In this document: positions 9,339-20,589 of the stretch, in pieces
Layout: each line of letters starts with the position of its first letter
Numbering within the stretch: the first letter of the stretch is position 1
Assembly (NCBI GenBank): GCA_963733675.1
Contig: CAVTET010000001.1
Span: 544,001-608,000, forward strand
DNA from: an uncultured Methanosarcinaceae archaeon
GTDB taxonomy: Archaea > Halobacteriota > Methanosarcinia > Methanosarcinales > Methanosarcinaceae
Length of the DNA stretch: 64,000 bases
Reading direction: 5' to 3'
Program-made: the position numbers and the translations under genes
The notes under the pieces: model-generated
Seen by the model: only the letters and a program-made list of their open reading frames with translations
Told to the model about the DNA's origin: nothing
Databases searched by the model: none

Positions 9339-11516
9339 ATGGACAAAAAGAAAACAAAACTTGCGGTTGCAAGCAATCGATTGATTGCTTTGATACCAAA
9401 AATGGACAAAGCTACGAAGCATCAGATGCTCTCATTTGTTTCTTTAGTGATGATTACTATAGTTCTTACACCGTTTGTGCTAGCAGGAGAAGCATCACCT
9501 TTGCCACAGACATCTTCAGGCACCACAGTTACAAAAACAGTTACGGATGTTGCAGGACAAGGACCTGTAGGAAATGTAACAAAAGCTGGAGATATAATCA
9601 GCTATCTGATTAATGTAACAACTCCTGTTAGAATCGGTAATCTGGCAAATGTAAAAGTTACTGATCCCATGATTAACCTTTTTGAATCAGCCACTTATAC
9701 TGGTGATTACAAGGTGACTCAGGATGACCTAAACAGTAATGGTCAGGGGACAGGATTCATCAATAACACAGCAACCGTTTACGTGAAGGGGCAGAATCCT
9801 CAAGTCCAAAGTAGCAGTATTCTAACGCCTATAATCCAAAATCCTTCATATACAATTAACGAAACCATTAATGTTGTAGGGAATGAGACTGGGGGAAATG
9901 TAACAAAAGCAGGAGATGTACTCAGTTATCAGTTTGTAGTGATGAATGATGGAAACATTGAGCTTAGTGATGTAACCGTTAATGATACTCTTGTGAGCCT
10001 AACAGAACTTAATAACTCAGTTCTCGACGTAGGAGAGAACTCGACTTATACTGGTAATTATACGGTTACTCAGGATGATATGAACAGTAATGGTAATGGG
10101 ACTGGGTTCATCAACAATACTGTAACTGTTGATTGTGATCAACTAGGGGCGGAAAACTATAGTTTCCAAACACCTATCATTCAGGATCCCTCATATACAG
10201 TTAACATAATAGTTACAGATGTTAACGGAAATGGCCCTGGAGAAAATATTACCAAAGAGGGAGATGTAATCAGCTACCAGATTGAAGTGATAAATAATGG
10301 AAACATTGACCTTAACAATGTAACTGTCACTGATCCCTTGGTGAATCTAACAGGACCTATAGAGTCAAACAGTAATGATACAATTCTCAACGTAGGAGAA
10401 AACTGGACTTATACCGGAAATTATACGGTTACTCATGCAGACATAACTAATAATGATGGCGGAGGGTTCATCAACAAAGTTACTGTCTATTCTGGTAAGT
10501 TAGATCCTAAATCAGCCAGCATTGCCGTACCTATAGATCCCTCTTGCTCTATTTCCGCAAGCATCACCGATGTTGCTGGAAGAGGACCATCAGGAAATGT
10601 AACATCTGCTGGAGATTTAATCAGCTACCAGATTGATGTGACTAATAATGGGAAAGTTGATCTTTCCAATGTAACACTTGATGATACTCTGACTGAGGTT
10701 CTAGGATCAGTAGATAATCCGAGGCTTCTAAGATCAGTACATAATCCGAGGTTTGTAAGATCAGTAGCTAGTCCGAGTATTGATACTCATATCAGTGGTG
10801 GAGTCCTCAAAGTAGGGGAAACAATAACCTACCTTGGCAATTACACTACCTCTCAGGCAGACATAAACAATAATGAAACTCAGTACATTAAAGACACTGC
10901 GACAGTTAACTGTGATCAGCTGGGTCCAAAATCAGTCAGCTCTATGGTACCGATAGTCTCCTTCACCCACGTGGGCATAGATGACGATTGTAATAATGTT
11001 GTGCTTACTAAAAGTAAAGAGACTATGAAACAAAGCGAGTTCCCGGATAAAACCAACAGCAAAGTACTGCCAAAAAATCGTGCCTCATCTACCAAAACTC
11101 CTTCATCTGCCAAAACTCCTGATACTGACAAAGCTCCTGAGACTGCCGAGTCAAAAATTCTTCCTGTAACAAACACTGATACTACTATAAGTGGAAGCAG
11201 CGGTAGCAGCAACGGCAACAATGTCAACGGCGAAAGTAATTTAATCAGCAGTAGCAGTGGAGAAAGTAGCTTGAGCAGTAGTAGCGGTAGTAGCTCAGTG
11301 AGTAAGATGACAGCAAAGCAATCTGTGGATGAAACAAAGACTAAAACTAATAATCCGCAAAACACTGTAAGTACACCAGCAAATGTTAAACCGCCTATGC
11401 AAAGAGAAAGTCCAATTCCTACTACTGATGTAGGAAAGAAGACAAGCATTCCTGGCTTTGAAATTGTTTGTGGTATAACTGCCCTTTTAGCTGTATTCCT
11501 GTGTAGGAAAAAATAA
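9339..11516 (+). CDS. Cell-surface protein with ~4 DUF11-like repeats, Ser/Thr linker and PGF-CTERM sorting signal
   Basis: Repeated GDVISYQIEVINNGNIDL...YTGNYTVTQDD units; C-terminal IPGFEIVCGITALLAVFLCRKK. Confidence 0.88.
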   Translation: MDKKKTKLAVASNRLIALIPKMDKATKHQMLSFVSLVMITIVLTPFVLAGEASPLPQTSSGTTVTKTVTDVAGQGPVGNVTKAGDIISYLINVTTPVRIGNLANVKVTDPMINLFESATYTGDYKVTQDDLNSNGQGTGFINNTATVYVKGQNPQVQSSSILTPIIQNPSYTINETINVVGNETGGNVTKAGDVLSYQFVVMNDGNIELSDVTVNDTLVSLTELNNSVLDVGENSTYTGNYTVTQDDMNSNGNGTGFINNTVTVDCDQLGAENYSFQTPIIQDPSYTVNIIVTDVNGNGPGENITKEGDVISYQIEVINNGNIDLNNVTVTDPLVNLTGPIESNSNDTILNVGENWTYTGNYTVTHADITNNDGGGFINKVTVYSGKLDPKSASIAVPIDPSCSISASITDVAGRGPSGNVTSAGDLISYQIDVTNNGKVDLSNVTLDDTLTEVLGSVDNPRLLRSVHNPRFVRSVASPSIDTHISGGVLKVGETITYLGNYTTSQADINNNETQYIKDTATVNCDQLGPKSVSSMVPIVSFTHVGIDDDCNNVVLTKSKETMKQSEFPDKTNSKVLPKNRASSTKTPSSAKTPDTDKAPETAESKILPVTNTDTTISGSSGSSNGNNVNGESNLISSSSGESSLSSSSGSSSVSKMTAKQSVDETKTKTNNPQNTVSTPANVKPPMQRESPIPTTDVGKKTSIPGFEIVCGITALLAVFLCRKK
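10694..10777 (+). repeat. In-frame 27-bp tandem repeat x3
   Basis: Encodes VLGSVDNPR/LLRSVHNPR/FVRSVASPS. Confidence 0.8.
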
Positions 11517-11554
11517 AACGTAAAATAAAAAAGTGAATCGAAAGATTTCATTAT

Positions 11555-11604
11555 AGAAAAAAGATAGGATGAAGATCCTATACCTTCATCTTATCTATTT
11601 TCTT
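11555..11604. terminator. Imperfect hairpin between convergent genes
   Basis: agaaaaaagataggatgaag...cttcatcttatctattttct followed by T-rich tracts. Confidence 0.45.
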
Positions 11605-11820
11605 TCACTATTTCTTCATTCTTTTTTTACGATGCAGAATATCTTAGAGTATATCCCTTAAACGCTGCCAGAATACTTTATATGATGAACTACTATAAGT
11701 TCCCTTTAATCCTTTTAACTTCATAAAATGTGGGGAATTTCGATTAACATCTGATTTTCACGAGTAATTTATATATCATTAATAAGCATAAGACGAAATA
11801 TAGGCGTTTATCGAACTCCT

Positions 11821-12393
11821 CTATGGAATCATGTCAATCCAATCAATGGAGCCAGGCTTATATTCCAGTAAATCTTTTTCATTTCCATTTAAAATATTGT
11901 CTATGATTTTTTCAATATCTTGTCCTACTTCTTCAATGGTTTTTCCTGTGGTATTTACTTCAAAAATTTTGTTGCACCATTCGAAAGCCTCAATTAGGAT
12001 CACATCAAGGGCTTCAGCTTCAATATTCTCATTTATTTTCTCTTCTGAATAGCAACGTGTTTTCAGTCTTATATTTAATTCAGGTGGATATGCCCTAAGT
12101 ACAATAACAATGTCTGCGATATAATGGGCTAGGTGACTTTCAAGAATCATTACAGTTCCTTTCTTTCCATGCTCCACTTTATGTTTCTCTTCATCAATAA
12201 TTTTTATAAGGTATTCCCGAATAATTTCCATGTCGGCAATGACAGTATCCCTTTTCTCATCAATTTCAGTGTATAAATGCTCTTCTTTAATCAAGTCATT
12301 GAGGTGGATTGCTTTCCAGTGCCTCTTTTTTTCAAGAAACCTGCTAACGGAGGTTTTTCCAGTGCCGGGTGTACCGGTGAGTCCTATTAACAT
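11821..12393 (-). CDS. Adenylate kinase 6 / Fap7-like NMP kinase
   Basis: GTPGTGKTS P-loop, ILESH motif, YSEEKINENIEAE. Confidence 0.9.
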   Translation of the reverse strand: MLIGLTGTPGTGKTSVSRFLEKKRHWKAIHLNDLIKEEHLYTEIDEKRDTVIADMEIIREYLIKIIDEEKHKVEHGKKGTVMILESHLAHYIADIVIVLRAYPPELNIRLKTRCYSEEKINENIEAEALDVILIEAFEWCNKIFEVNTTGKTIEEVGQDIEKIIDNILNGNEKDLLEYKPGSIDWIDMIP

Positions 12394-13252
12394 GGAAATA
12401 AAAATGAATTTATGTCAATTATACTTAATGCAGCTCTGAAAAAATAGCACTGAGAGTACACGCACGTAGTTACTTCTGTTCTCCAAAGCCTGCGGTTTCA
12501 CAACAATTAAGCTACCGATCTGCTCCATTAAATTTATACAAATCTAAAAAAGATTTTTTTTAATTTGTTGTGTCATTTTTTTTCGCAATTCTATCTCAAA
12601 ATATAATTTTATCTCTATAATTTTGAATTAGTGATAATATATAATAAAAAATTTCATCAAGTAAAGTATTATATCAAAGATTCATATGATTTTGAAGATA
12701 TAAGATCATAAACTGGATGTGTCTATACCATAAGTTGAACCACTTTTAGTTGTCACAATCAACGATTTCATTACTTCAAATAATTTTTGTTACATCCTTT
12801 TGATTTGTAACAATGGTTTCGGAATTAAAGAGATTCGAAAATGCTGTTAAAGGAGAAGGATTTTAATTCTTCAAAGCGGCATTCTCAGTTTACTGGGTGC
12901 TCTTGTAGGCAAGGTCCATTGAAGAGTTGCCATTCATTCCAATATGGCAATTAAGGACTCCATTTAGCCGCTTCAGCACTCTATGATGGACTTACAACTC
13001 ATAAAATTCTAATATATATTATCGGAGATCTTCTGGTTATTATTTAACTGATCTATAAATTATTCGTCAAAGTTAGAAGTTTACCAAAACATTCTTTTTT
13101 TAATTCCTGGAAATTTAGATAAATATCTAAACTTGGTTGATTATTTATAAAAAGCGCATACACAATTCTTTAAGCTTAGATACCTATCGGAATTCTCTCA
13201 AATTTAACCGCTTCATTTTTTCATTGATTTGAGAATTCCATTTTAACAAACT

Positions 13253-13879
13253 TCAAATTTGAGACAACCTTACCCTTCCTCTGCTAATATCGAGCCTGAA
13301 TTTTTGACTGATATATTTTTTTGCATATCCTTCTCCGTGTATGAGCAGCTCGACAAGATCATCAGGTTCATCTATATCCATAGCTCCAAAAAAAGAATCA
13401 TATATTTCTATATTCTGCCCTGCTTCGGTAGCGATCGAGCAGTGTGTCAGAAAGCTTGAGCCATAGTACTTGACCCTGTAGCGTGAAGGTGTCTTGACAA
13501 AAAGGATATTTGTCCCCCCTCCCTTTCCTGGGACTATACATACATCCTCTTTTGTTGAAATTATCGCTTTTATATGTTTTGGGGAAAGAAGGGGCAGGTC
13601 AGCCATAGCAATAAGTGTTGGCTCCTTTGCTTGTCCAAGATACCTGTTAAGAGCCTCATTCAAGTCGCTTTTATCTAGAAGAACTCGTGCCATCATCATG
13701 TTTTCAAGGCCATACATTGAAGGACTAAGGATATCGATATTTTCTATCCCAGCTTCTCGAACTGAGTCTATTACCTGATTCAGCATGATTTCCACAAATT
13801 CTTCCCTTTCTTCCTGGCTCAGGATCGAGGACAATCGGGACTTTGCACTGGCTTTTTTGTAGGGAATTACTGCTTTCAT
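13253..13879 (-). CDS. cofC: 2-phospho-L-lactate/PEP guanylyltransferase (F420 synthesis)
   Basis: VIPYK..AKSRLS, MADLPL, GGGTN, DIDEPDDL; downstream of cofG/cofH. Confidence 0.93.
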   Translation of the reverse strand: MKAVIPYKKASAKSRLSSILSQEEREEFVEIMLNQVIDSVREAGIENIDILSPSMYGLENMMMARVLLDKSDLNEALNRYLGQAKEPTLIAMADLPLLSPKHIKAIISTKEDVCIVPGKGGGTNILFVKTPSRYRVKYYGSSFLTHCSIATEAGQNIEIYDSFFGAMDIDEPDDLVELLIHGEGYAKKYISQKFRLDISRGRVRLSQI

Positions 13880-13889
13880 CTTGACTCCT

Positions 13890-14970
13890 AAAATAGGGAT
13901 TTTTTAACCTTCGGAAAACGTCTATTTTCGATCTTTCTTGCTCTCTGGTACTTACTCTGGTTATTCAACAATTCGAAAGTGAATCCTCTTCTACGGATAA
14001 TTGGGGTTAAATATCCTTAACGAATTTTCCTATGAATAGGAATTTTTCCTGCATTTTTTCAACCATTCAAATTTTGTAGGAATAAACATCCGCTATGGAT
14101 TCCTCAGGATGTTGTTGAGATCTTATTCACCATAAGCGTAATTTCATATAATTTGCTCACATTTCATACTACCTAAACAAATTTTTCCAGATCTTAACCC
14201 CTGGGTTCTGAATGTTACTCAAATAGGTGTGAGGAATATGCTGGAAATGGTTACGATATGCATATCTTTAAATTCATTACTGGTGAACTTTCCTTATACC
14301 AGCATCTTTTATCCATTCGGTTATTCTAGGAAAAAAGACATGGAGATTATTTCTGAAAAACCCTAAGGTCTCTTTCTAATTTCGTGGATAATAATTATAT
14401 GGTCTAGATATTTTTCTACAGTCTCTAAATGTCCGTACATGATGGTTACATTGGTGGAAATTTCAATCTTATGCACCAAAGTTGTGGTATTGATCCATTT
14501 CTGGGTCTTGATTTTCCCAGGACAAATAATCTTTTAATGCTCTTGGATAAAATATCAGCTGAGGTACATGTGGGGGGATAAATCTCGTTTCTACAGTCTC
14601 AAGATAGAATCCCATGTCAATATCGGGTATATCCTCCTTCCATACGAATCTAGGCAGCTTCGTCTTTTCTTGCTTCACCTACTTTTGTGAGAATATCTCC
14701 CAACCTCAATATTAATAGAATCTTTTCGTCTTGCAGGCATAGATTCCACAGTTTCCTGCATTCGCCAAATGTATATGTCCCTTATGAGACATAACTAACA
14801 ACACCATATGGCCTGAAATCATAGTATATCTCAAATTCAAAAAGCTCAAATGGATTTCCTTCAAGAAGTATAAAAAAAGCATTTTCTTTGGTGCACCTTT
14901 CCTCATTTGCTCTGTCAACGACATCATTAGTATAGATGTCTCTTTTTCATGTACATTATGATCATTCCTG
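13890..14970 (-). pseudogene. cofH: Heavily decayed second cofH paralog
   Basis: Fragments (AGNCGIYACK; PDIDMGFYLETVE) align by eye to the adjacent cofH; gene-sized gap in the operon. Confidence 0.7.
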
Positions 14971-15022
14971 TTTTAGTTGGTGCATTTATATCTATTCCCG
15001 ATGGATGATCTCATTTTGAGAT

Positions 15023-16156
15023 TCAACATCTCGGTATCTTTTTTGAATTTGCAAAAGCCAGTTTATGAACTCCTTTGTATAATGTAGTTCTCTCTTTTGG
15101 AGTCCTGCCAGCTTCATGTATCATCCATTCAAGTTCTTCTTTTGAGATCCATTCCCCGTTCAAGGCTCCTGCAGATTTGGAAATGCTCTCTTCTATAAGG
15201 GTACCACCTAGGTCATTAGCTCCGCAGCAAAGAGCAAATTGGGCAAGCTTTTTCCCTAACTTTACCCAGCTTGCCTGAATATTATCCACGTGCCCATTTA
15301 AGAGGATTCGAGAGAGAGCGTAGGTTTTTAAATCTTCAAGGCCTGAGGTGGCATATCTGCCTTCTTCCATTAACTTTTTCCCTAAAGGATTGTTGTAGGG
15401 CATGAACGGTAGGGGCACAAATTCTGTAATCCTGCCTGTTTCTTTCTGAATTTCCCTTATGATCAATATATGCTCGATTCTTTCCTCAGGGGTTTCAATA
15501 TGTCCATACATCATGGTTGCAGTAGTAGGAATTTTTGCAGCGTGGGCTTGCTTGATAACTTCGATCCATTCCCTTGTCCCCATTTTATTGGGACAGATAA
15601 TCCTCCGCACCCTTTCAGAAAGTATTTCTGCTGCAGTCCCAGGCATAGTGTCAAGGCCACTTTTATTTAATCTGAAAAGGGCTTCTTTTACCGTAATTCC
15701 GCTGATGTGGGCGGCATGGTATACTTCCATTGGCGAAAAAGAATGAATGTGTATTTCAGGATATTCAGCTTTTATGGATTCTACGATCTCAAGGTAAAAG
15801 TCGATGCCTACATCAGGAAGGAGTCCCCCCTGGATACAGACTTCAGTAGCATTAGCCTGCTTTGCTTCTCTAACCTTTGCCATAATCTCTTCAGTAGTTA
15901 GGATATATCCATCCTTGTTCTTAAATGCGCAGAATCTACATGTTCCCAAACATTTGCTGGCAAAATTAATGTTCCTGTTTACTACGTAGGTAACTGTATC
16001 TCCTACAGTACGAGAGCGAAGTTCGTCCGCAAACATGAAAAGTTCTAAATGAGGTACCTTAAGGAGAAGAAGTGCATCTTCTTTTGTGCTCTTTCCCTGG
16101 TATACGCGTTCTATGAGGTCTTCTGGAATTCTGCTGTTAATTTTTAATTCCTCCAC
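15023..16156 (-). CDS. cofH: FO synthase subunit CofH (radical SAM)
   Basis: VTYVVNRNINF, CxxxCxxC, MPGTAAEIL, NIQASWVKLG, GANDLGGT. Confidence 0.93.
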   Translation of the reverse strand: MEELKINSRIPEDLIERVYQGKSTKEDALLLLKVPHLELFMFADELRSRTVGDTVTYVVNRNINFASKCLGTCRFCAFKNKDGYILTTEEIMAKVREAKQANATEVCIQGGLLPDVGIDFYLEIVESIKAEYPEIHIHSFSPMEVYHAAHISGITVKEALFRLNKSGLDTMPGTAAEILSERVRRIICPNKMGTREWIEVIKQAHAAKIPTTATMMYGHIETPEERIEHILIIREIQKETGRITEFVPLPFMPYNNPLGKKLMEEGRYATSGLEDLKTYALSRILLNGHVDNIQASWVKLGKKLAQFALCCGANDLGGTLIEESISKSAGALNGEWISKEELEWMIHEAGRTPKERTTLYKGVHKLAFANSKKIPRC

Positions 16157-17169
16157 AGGCTCTTTGGTAAGTGTTGTTTCCGGTAACCTTGCGTGTCAGA
16201 CAGGTGTCTGATCAACTTGCCTATTCTTTTTGAGTACCATTTTTTTTTAATGTACTGTGGATAAATTGGTAAGCGTTCCCTTAGCAGGATGTCCCCCAGA
16301 TTATCCTGAAGGTCCTTTAATACCGGCCATTTGGCTTCGGGGTTAATCCAATCTATGGTCAAAGGAGATATGCCTCCCAAATCCGTTGCCCCTTTTTCGA
16401 TAAGGGATTTTGGATCAATGATGTTTGGAGCCACCTGAACTGCTATATTATATGGAAGGATCTGTCTGGCAAGAAACACCGTATCAATTATTTCTTCGAC
16501 TGTAGGCTCAGGAAAGTTTTCCATGGGCGTCCCTGGTTTTGGGACAAAGTTCTGGATAATAACTTCTTGGATATGCTCATATTCCCTGTGAAGATCTGCA
16601 ATAACTTCTAGGGATTTAATTCTGTCCTCCCGCTTCTCTCCGATCCCTACTAAGAGGCCAGTAGTATAGGGAATCTGAAGTTTTCCAGCTTCTCGAATTG
16701 TATGAAGCCTGCGTTCTGGAGCTTTTCCACAACAGTTTTCATGGGCAACAAGTGTTGCCATACTCTCAAGCATCAGCCCCATACTGGCATTCAGAGGTTT
16801 TAATGTCTCAAGTTCTGAGCGGTTCATAATCCCCGCATTCGTATGAGGAAGGATTCCTAAATCTATTGCTGTTTCACAAAGAAAGAATAGGTATTCCAAA
16901 GTAGAGGAGTAACCGAGCTCTTTAAGCAATTTTTCATACCCTAACACCTCTTCTGGATACTCTCCAAAAGTAAAAAGAACCTCAGTGCACCCTGCTTTTA
17001 CCCCATTTTTTAGAATTGGTATAATTTCTTCGGGTCTCATTAGCTTGGCATCTGGTTGGTCTGGTTCCCGTTTGAAGCCACAGTAAGCACAGCAATTCCT
17101 GCACATATTGGTTACAGGAATGAAAACATTTTTTGTGTAAGTAACAAAGTAGGAATTTTTTGGTTGAAT
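16144..17169 (-). CDS. cofG: FO synthase subunit CofG (radical SAM); N-terminus extends upstream of the ATG at 17106
   Basis: In-frame upstream FVTYTKNVFIPVTN then CRNCCAYC; LPHTNAG, SMGLMLE, DLGGISP, DWINPE. Confidence 0.92.
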   Translation of the reverse strand: MQPKNSYFVTYTKNVFIPVTNMCRNCCAYCGFKREPDQPDAKLMRPEEIIPILKNGVKAGCTEVLFTFGEYPEEVLGYEKLLKELGYSSTLEYLFFLCETAIDLGILPHTNAGIMNRSELETLKPLNASMGLMLESMATLVAHENCCGKAPERRLHTIREAGKLQIPYTTGLLVGIGEKREDRIKSLEVIADLHREYEHIQEVIIQNFVPKPGTPMENFPEPTVEEIIDTVFLARQILPYNIAVQVAPNIIDPKSLIEKGATDLGGISPLTIDWINPEAKWPVLKDLQDNLGDILLRERLPIYPQYIKKKWYSKRIGKLIRHLSDTQGYRKQHLPKSLWRN

Positions 17170-17205
17170 GGTAAAACACCTGTTGAATTTACTTCATCCT
17201 TAAAT

Positions 17206-18483
17206 TCAGCCGAGGATTTTCTTCATGGTTGCAGACACCCCTAATGCCACTCCTTCGACTTCAATGCCTCCTTTTCCTTTTGCGCCGTCTCCTACTACGT
17301 AAAGTTCTGGAATAGGGGTCTCATTACCTGGATCCATGCCTGAGGCTGCCCTATTCACAGGCCAACCGTCATGGTATGACTGAATGAGTAAAACTTCATA
17401 TTTTTTGCCTGGGAAGATTTCTTTAAGATCTTCAAGACCTAATTCGATTTCAACCCTTAGATTTTTCAGGTTCTCAGGGGCTATGTGCTGGTGGGACATT
17501 GTAAGGTGTTTGCCTGGTGGAGCCAAATTTGGGTCAACATGCGTAACTTCATTAATTCCATTTACCCTTTTTGCATATGGAGTTAGCAGGATTCCGGAAT
17601 GCCCTATCAGAGGCTCATCTGCAGCAAGACAAATCTTTATTCCAGCAGAGGGCTTTAGGACCTCAAGCATTTTGAGGTAACTGGAGTATGTTTTATCTAA
17701 AAGAGCTTCACTGCAAAGAAAGGCAGTTGCTACATGCCCAAGATTACTGATGATCAGATTTGCTTCATATGCCCGATCTCCAGCAATAATGCCTGCTGCT
17801 CTTCCGTTTTCCACAAGGATTTTCGAGACTTCGGTTTTATTATAAATCCTTCCACCATTTGCAATAATTACAGCTTCTAGGGCATCTATAACTCCTTTGC
17901 AGCCTCCAATTGGTACGCCTGGACCACCGAATCTATAGATGTTTTCAATCATTTCAAAAAATTCTTCCAAAGGGACACTGTCACTTTTTAGACTAAGGGA
18001 CCAGCCGCAGAAGGAGTCTGCAAGTCTCAAAAGCCATTCATCATTAAATTGATTCTTGATCCACGCTTTCAAATTGCTTCCATCAGGGCGGTTTTTTCTC
18101 GTACTCACAATAAGTAGAGCAATTTTCAGGCGGTCTTTGTTTGAAAGAGGTGTGAAAAACTTGTTGAAAAAAATGTCCTTGAAGCCTTTCCTGTAATTAG
18201 GATTACTTTTTTCTAGAGGTATCCGTATGGTTGGCTGTTCTGATCGAATAATCTGCACATCAGCATTTACTTCCTTTAAAAATTGGGTTAAAGGTCCTGT
18301 GGGTCCATGAGGAAGTGTATGTAAAGCTCCGCTGGAAAGCTGGAAGCCTCTGTAATTGAGATTTGTAAATCTTCCTCCAGTGATTGGAAGTCTCTCAAAA
18401 ACTTCTACTTGGTATCCTACCTGTGAAAGTTTAGCGGCACTTAAGAGTCCTCCTAAACCGGCACCAATAATAATCGCTTTCAC
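17206..18483 (-). CDS. Phytoene desaturase-like FAD oxidoreductase (possibly isoprenoid/geranylgeranyl reductase)
   Basis: IIGAGLGGL, E..GGR, SSGALH, YVVGDG motifs; GTG start coupled to the ferredoxin stop. Confidence 0.8.
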   Translation of the reverse strand: MKAIIIGAGLGGLLSAAKLSQVGYQVEVFERLPITGGRFTNLNYRGFQLSSGALHTLPHGPTGPLTQFLKEVNADVQIIRSEQPTIRIPLEKSNPNYRKGFKDIFFNKFFTPLSNKDRLKIALLIVSTRKNRPDGSNLKAWIKNQFNDEWLLRLADSFCGWSLSLKSDSVPLEEFFEMIENIYRFGGPGVPIGGCKGVIDALEAVIIANGGRIYNKTEVSKILVENGRAAGIIAGDRAYEANLIISNLGHVATAFLCSEALLDKTYSSYLKMLEVLKPSAGIKICLAADEPLIGHSGILLTPYAKRVNGINEVTHVDPNLAPPGKHLTMSHQHIAPENLKNLRVEIELGLEDLKEIFPGKKYEVLLIQSYHDGWPVNRAASGMDPGNETPIPELYVVGDGAKGKGGIEVEGVALGVSATMKKILG

Positions 18484-18641
18484 ACAGATACCTCTATAGC
18501 CTTAACCGGGCAGTACATAAAACATATCTCACATCCTATACATGCAGCAGTCGCTGTTGCCTTTCCTTTTACCTCTATCGCTCCCTGATTGCAAAAAGAA
18601 ACACACTGACCGCATCCTACACAGTTATTATTAATTTTCAT
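18480..18641 (-). CDS. 2[4Fe-4S] ferredoxin, 53 aa (not in ORF track)
   Basis: MKINNNCVGCGQCVSFCNQGAI...CIGCEICFMYCPVKAIEVSV*; two CxxCxxCxxxC motifs. Confidence 0.9.
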   Translation of the reverse strand: MKINNNCVGCGQCVSFCNQGAIEVKGKATATAACIGCEICFMYCPVKAIEVSV

Positions 18642-19759
18642 TCGATTCTACCAGCTTTTTTATCGTTATTTTAATATATTGTTCAATGTGTAGCTTGCTG
18701 TTTTTATTAAGATCAATTTCTTAGGCATGTTTTCATCCCTGCAGTTAATACGATAATTATCATGTAATCGATAATATGTAATTTATTTATTCCCTATAAA
18801 CATATAGTAATGTAGGTATGTTGGTATTTGCTATCAGTTTATTTATATTTGTTATTCTGGCCCCAAGTTATTGAAAAGAAATTTTGATCATTAATAGAGG
18901 ATTATAGATAAATCCCTAAGTTTTGTCATATGCCTGTAAATGGCATATAATGACTCATGAAAATCAGAGGTTCATCAAAATTCTCAAAAATTTATATATA
19001 TTCATCTTGAAGTATCAAGATAAGTAAAATCATACTTTCTAAAACTTAGATTTTCCACTTAGAAAATATTTATTCAAATTCCCGGTTTTTGCTTCATGCC
19101 TCAAGATGTAACAGGAAGAACAAAAATATTTCTCTTCAGGTCGCGTGCAGTTTACGGAAATCTGACCTTAAAGAAAGGTAATTCATCTTTTTTAGATCAT
19201 CTCCAGCTTAAATCTTATGAATGCTTGAACTCATAAGAAACTAAAATGAGTGCCTTAAACATCTAATTTGTTTCACACTTAGAGGGATTTTTTGGTTGGT
19301 CAAAATTTAGTCAAGTGTGTGAATAAAAGCCAAAATAGTTCACTATATTTATTAAGATTTATTGTTTAGTTAATAAATTTGTGAAGAGAAAATTAAAGGA
19401 AAAAGTTATATTATTTGTACTAAAGTAAATATATATAATATATTATTTTGTGGTTCATTTAATTGATTTTGGTTTTTAATGGTTAATTTTAGATGAATTT
19501 TTTTGAAGTTATAAAGAAGTCCTCAAAAAATTAATTTTATTTTTTTATAATTTACTTTAGACGTTGAGAAGTAGATAAGAATTTAGTTATCAAATAATTT
19601 AATATTATCTATAGTACTCTATACTACTCTATATCTCCTTTTTTATTTGTACTGTAACATACTCACACGCAACGTTCTGGATAACTTAGAGCAGGCGCAA
19701 TATAATAAAAGCCCTTAATGCTCGACTAGTTTTTCTCTTATTAAGCTTTTACTTCTTTC

Positions 19760-20053
19760 TATTCTATTCTTTCTATTTTTTTTCTTTGTTGACAAAGGGT
19801 TTGCTAATTTTCTCTGGCAACCAACTAGGCCTATTTTCGGGAGCTTTTACAATTTGTTTCCATGCTTTGGAAACGTGTACCTCCTTTGTTCCACTCCCCT
19901 GAGGCGGATAATTTCCGGTTTTGATTTTGTCCCTTTAGTCTGGTTTGTAGCTTTTAGTGTAGCCTGACGAGATGTTTTCCATTGAAAAAAACCATGCTCA
20001 TTTCCGTCTTCGGCTCGTAAAACTACATTTTTCGCACTAGCTATAATAGTCAC
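19760..20053 (-). pseudogene. Frameshifted chromosomal protein MC1 paralog
   Basis: NVVLRAEDGNEHG...RQATLKA...PEIIRLR, then shifted frame KAWKQIVKAPENRPSWLPEKISKPFVNKE. Confidence 0.8.
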
Positions 20054-20589
20054 CTCGAATATTAGTTGCTAGACATTGATTATGTTTTCAGGGATATCTG
20101 ATTTTCTTTGGATGTTGCCTGTAGTTATTGCTTTATCACAATTTATATTTTCAGGTAATAACTGAATTTTAATCCATCGTTGGCAAATAGATTCTATATA
20201 ATTATGTATAGACTGTAAAATCAGATTGTAAGTCTTTGGGGATAGACAATTTTGTAGGTTTGAAGCTAGCTAGAAAAGACTTAATCCTTGAAGATTCTAC
20301 AAACCTCTTGTCTATAATTATTACTTTGTTTAATATAATCTACTACGGGTGTAAAACGACTATGAACAACGGAATTTGTCTTTTTTAATATCTTTTTGAA
20401 ACTACAATTGACCGTAGGCGCAAAGTAAACCACATTAATTGCTTTCTTATTTACCTGCATCGTCCTATTCAGTCAAAGAGCAAACAGAAGGTAGATTATT
20501 GAAACTTTCTATCCAATATTCTATTAAGCGCAAAAAGATAGAAACAGTGCTATCAACATAGAGATTGCCTGTAAAGAAGAAATTCACCA

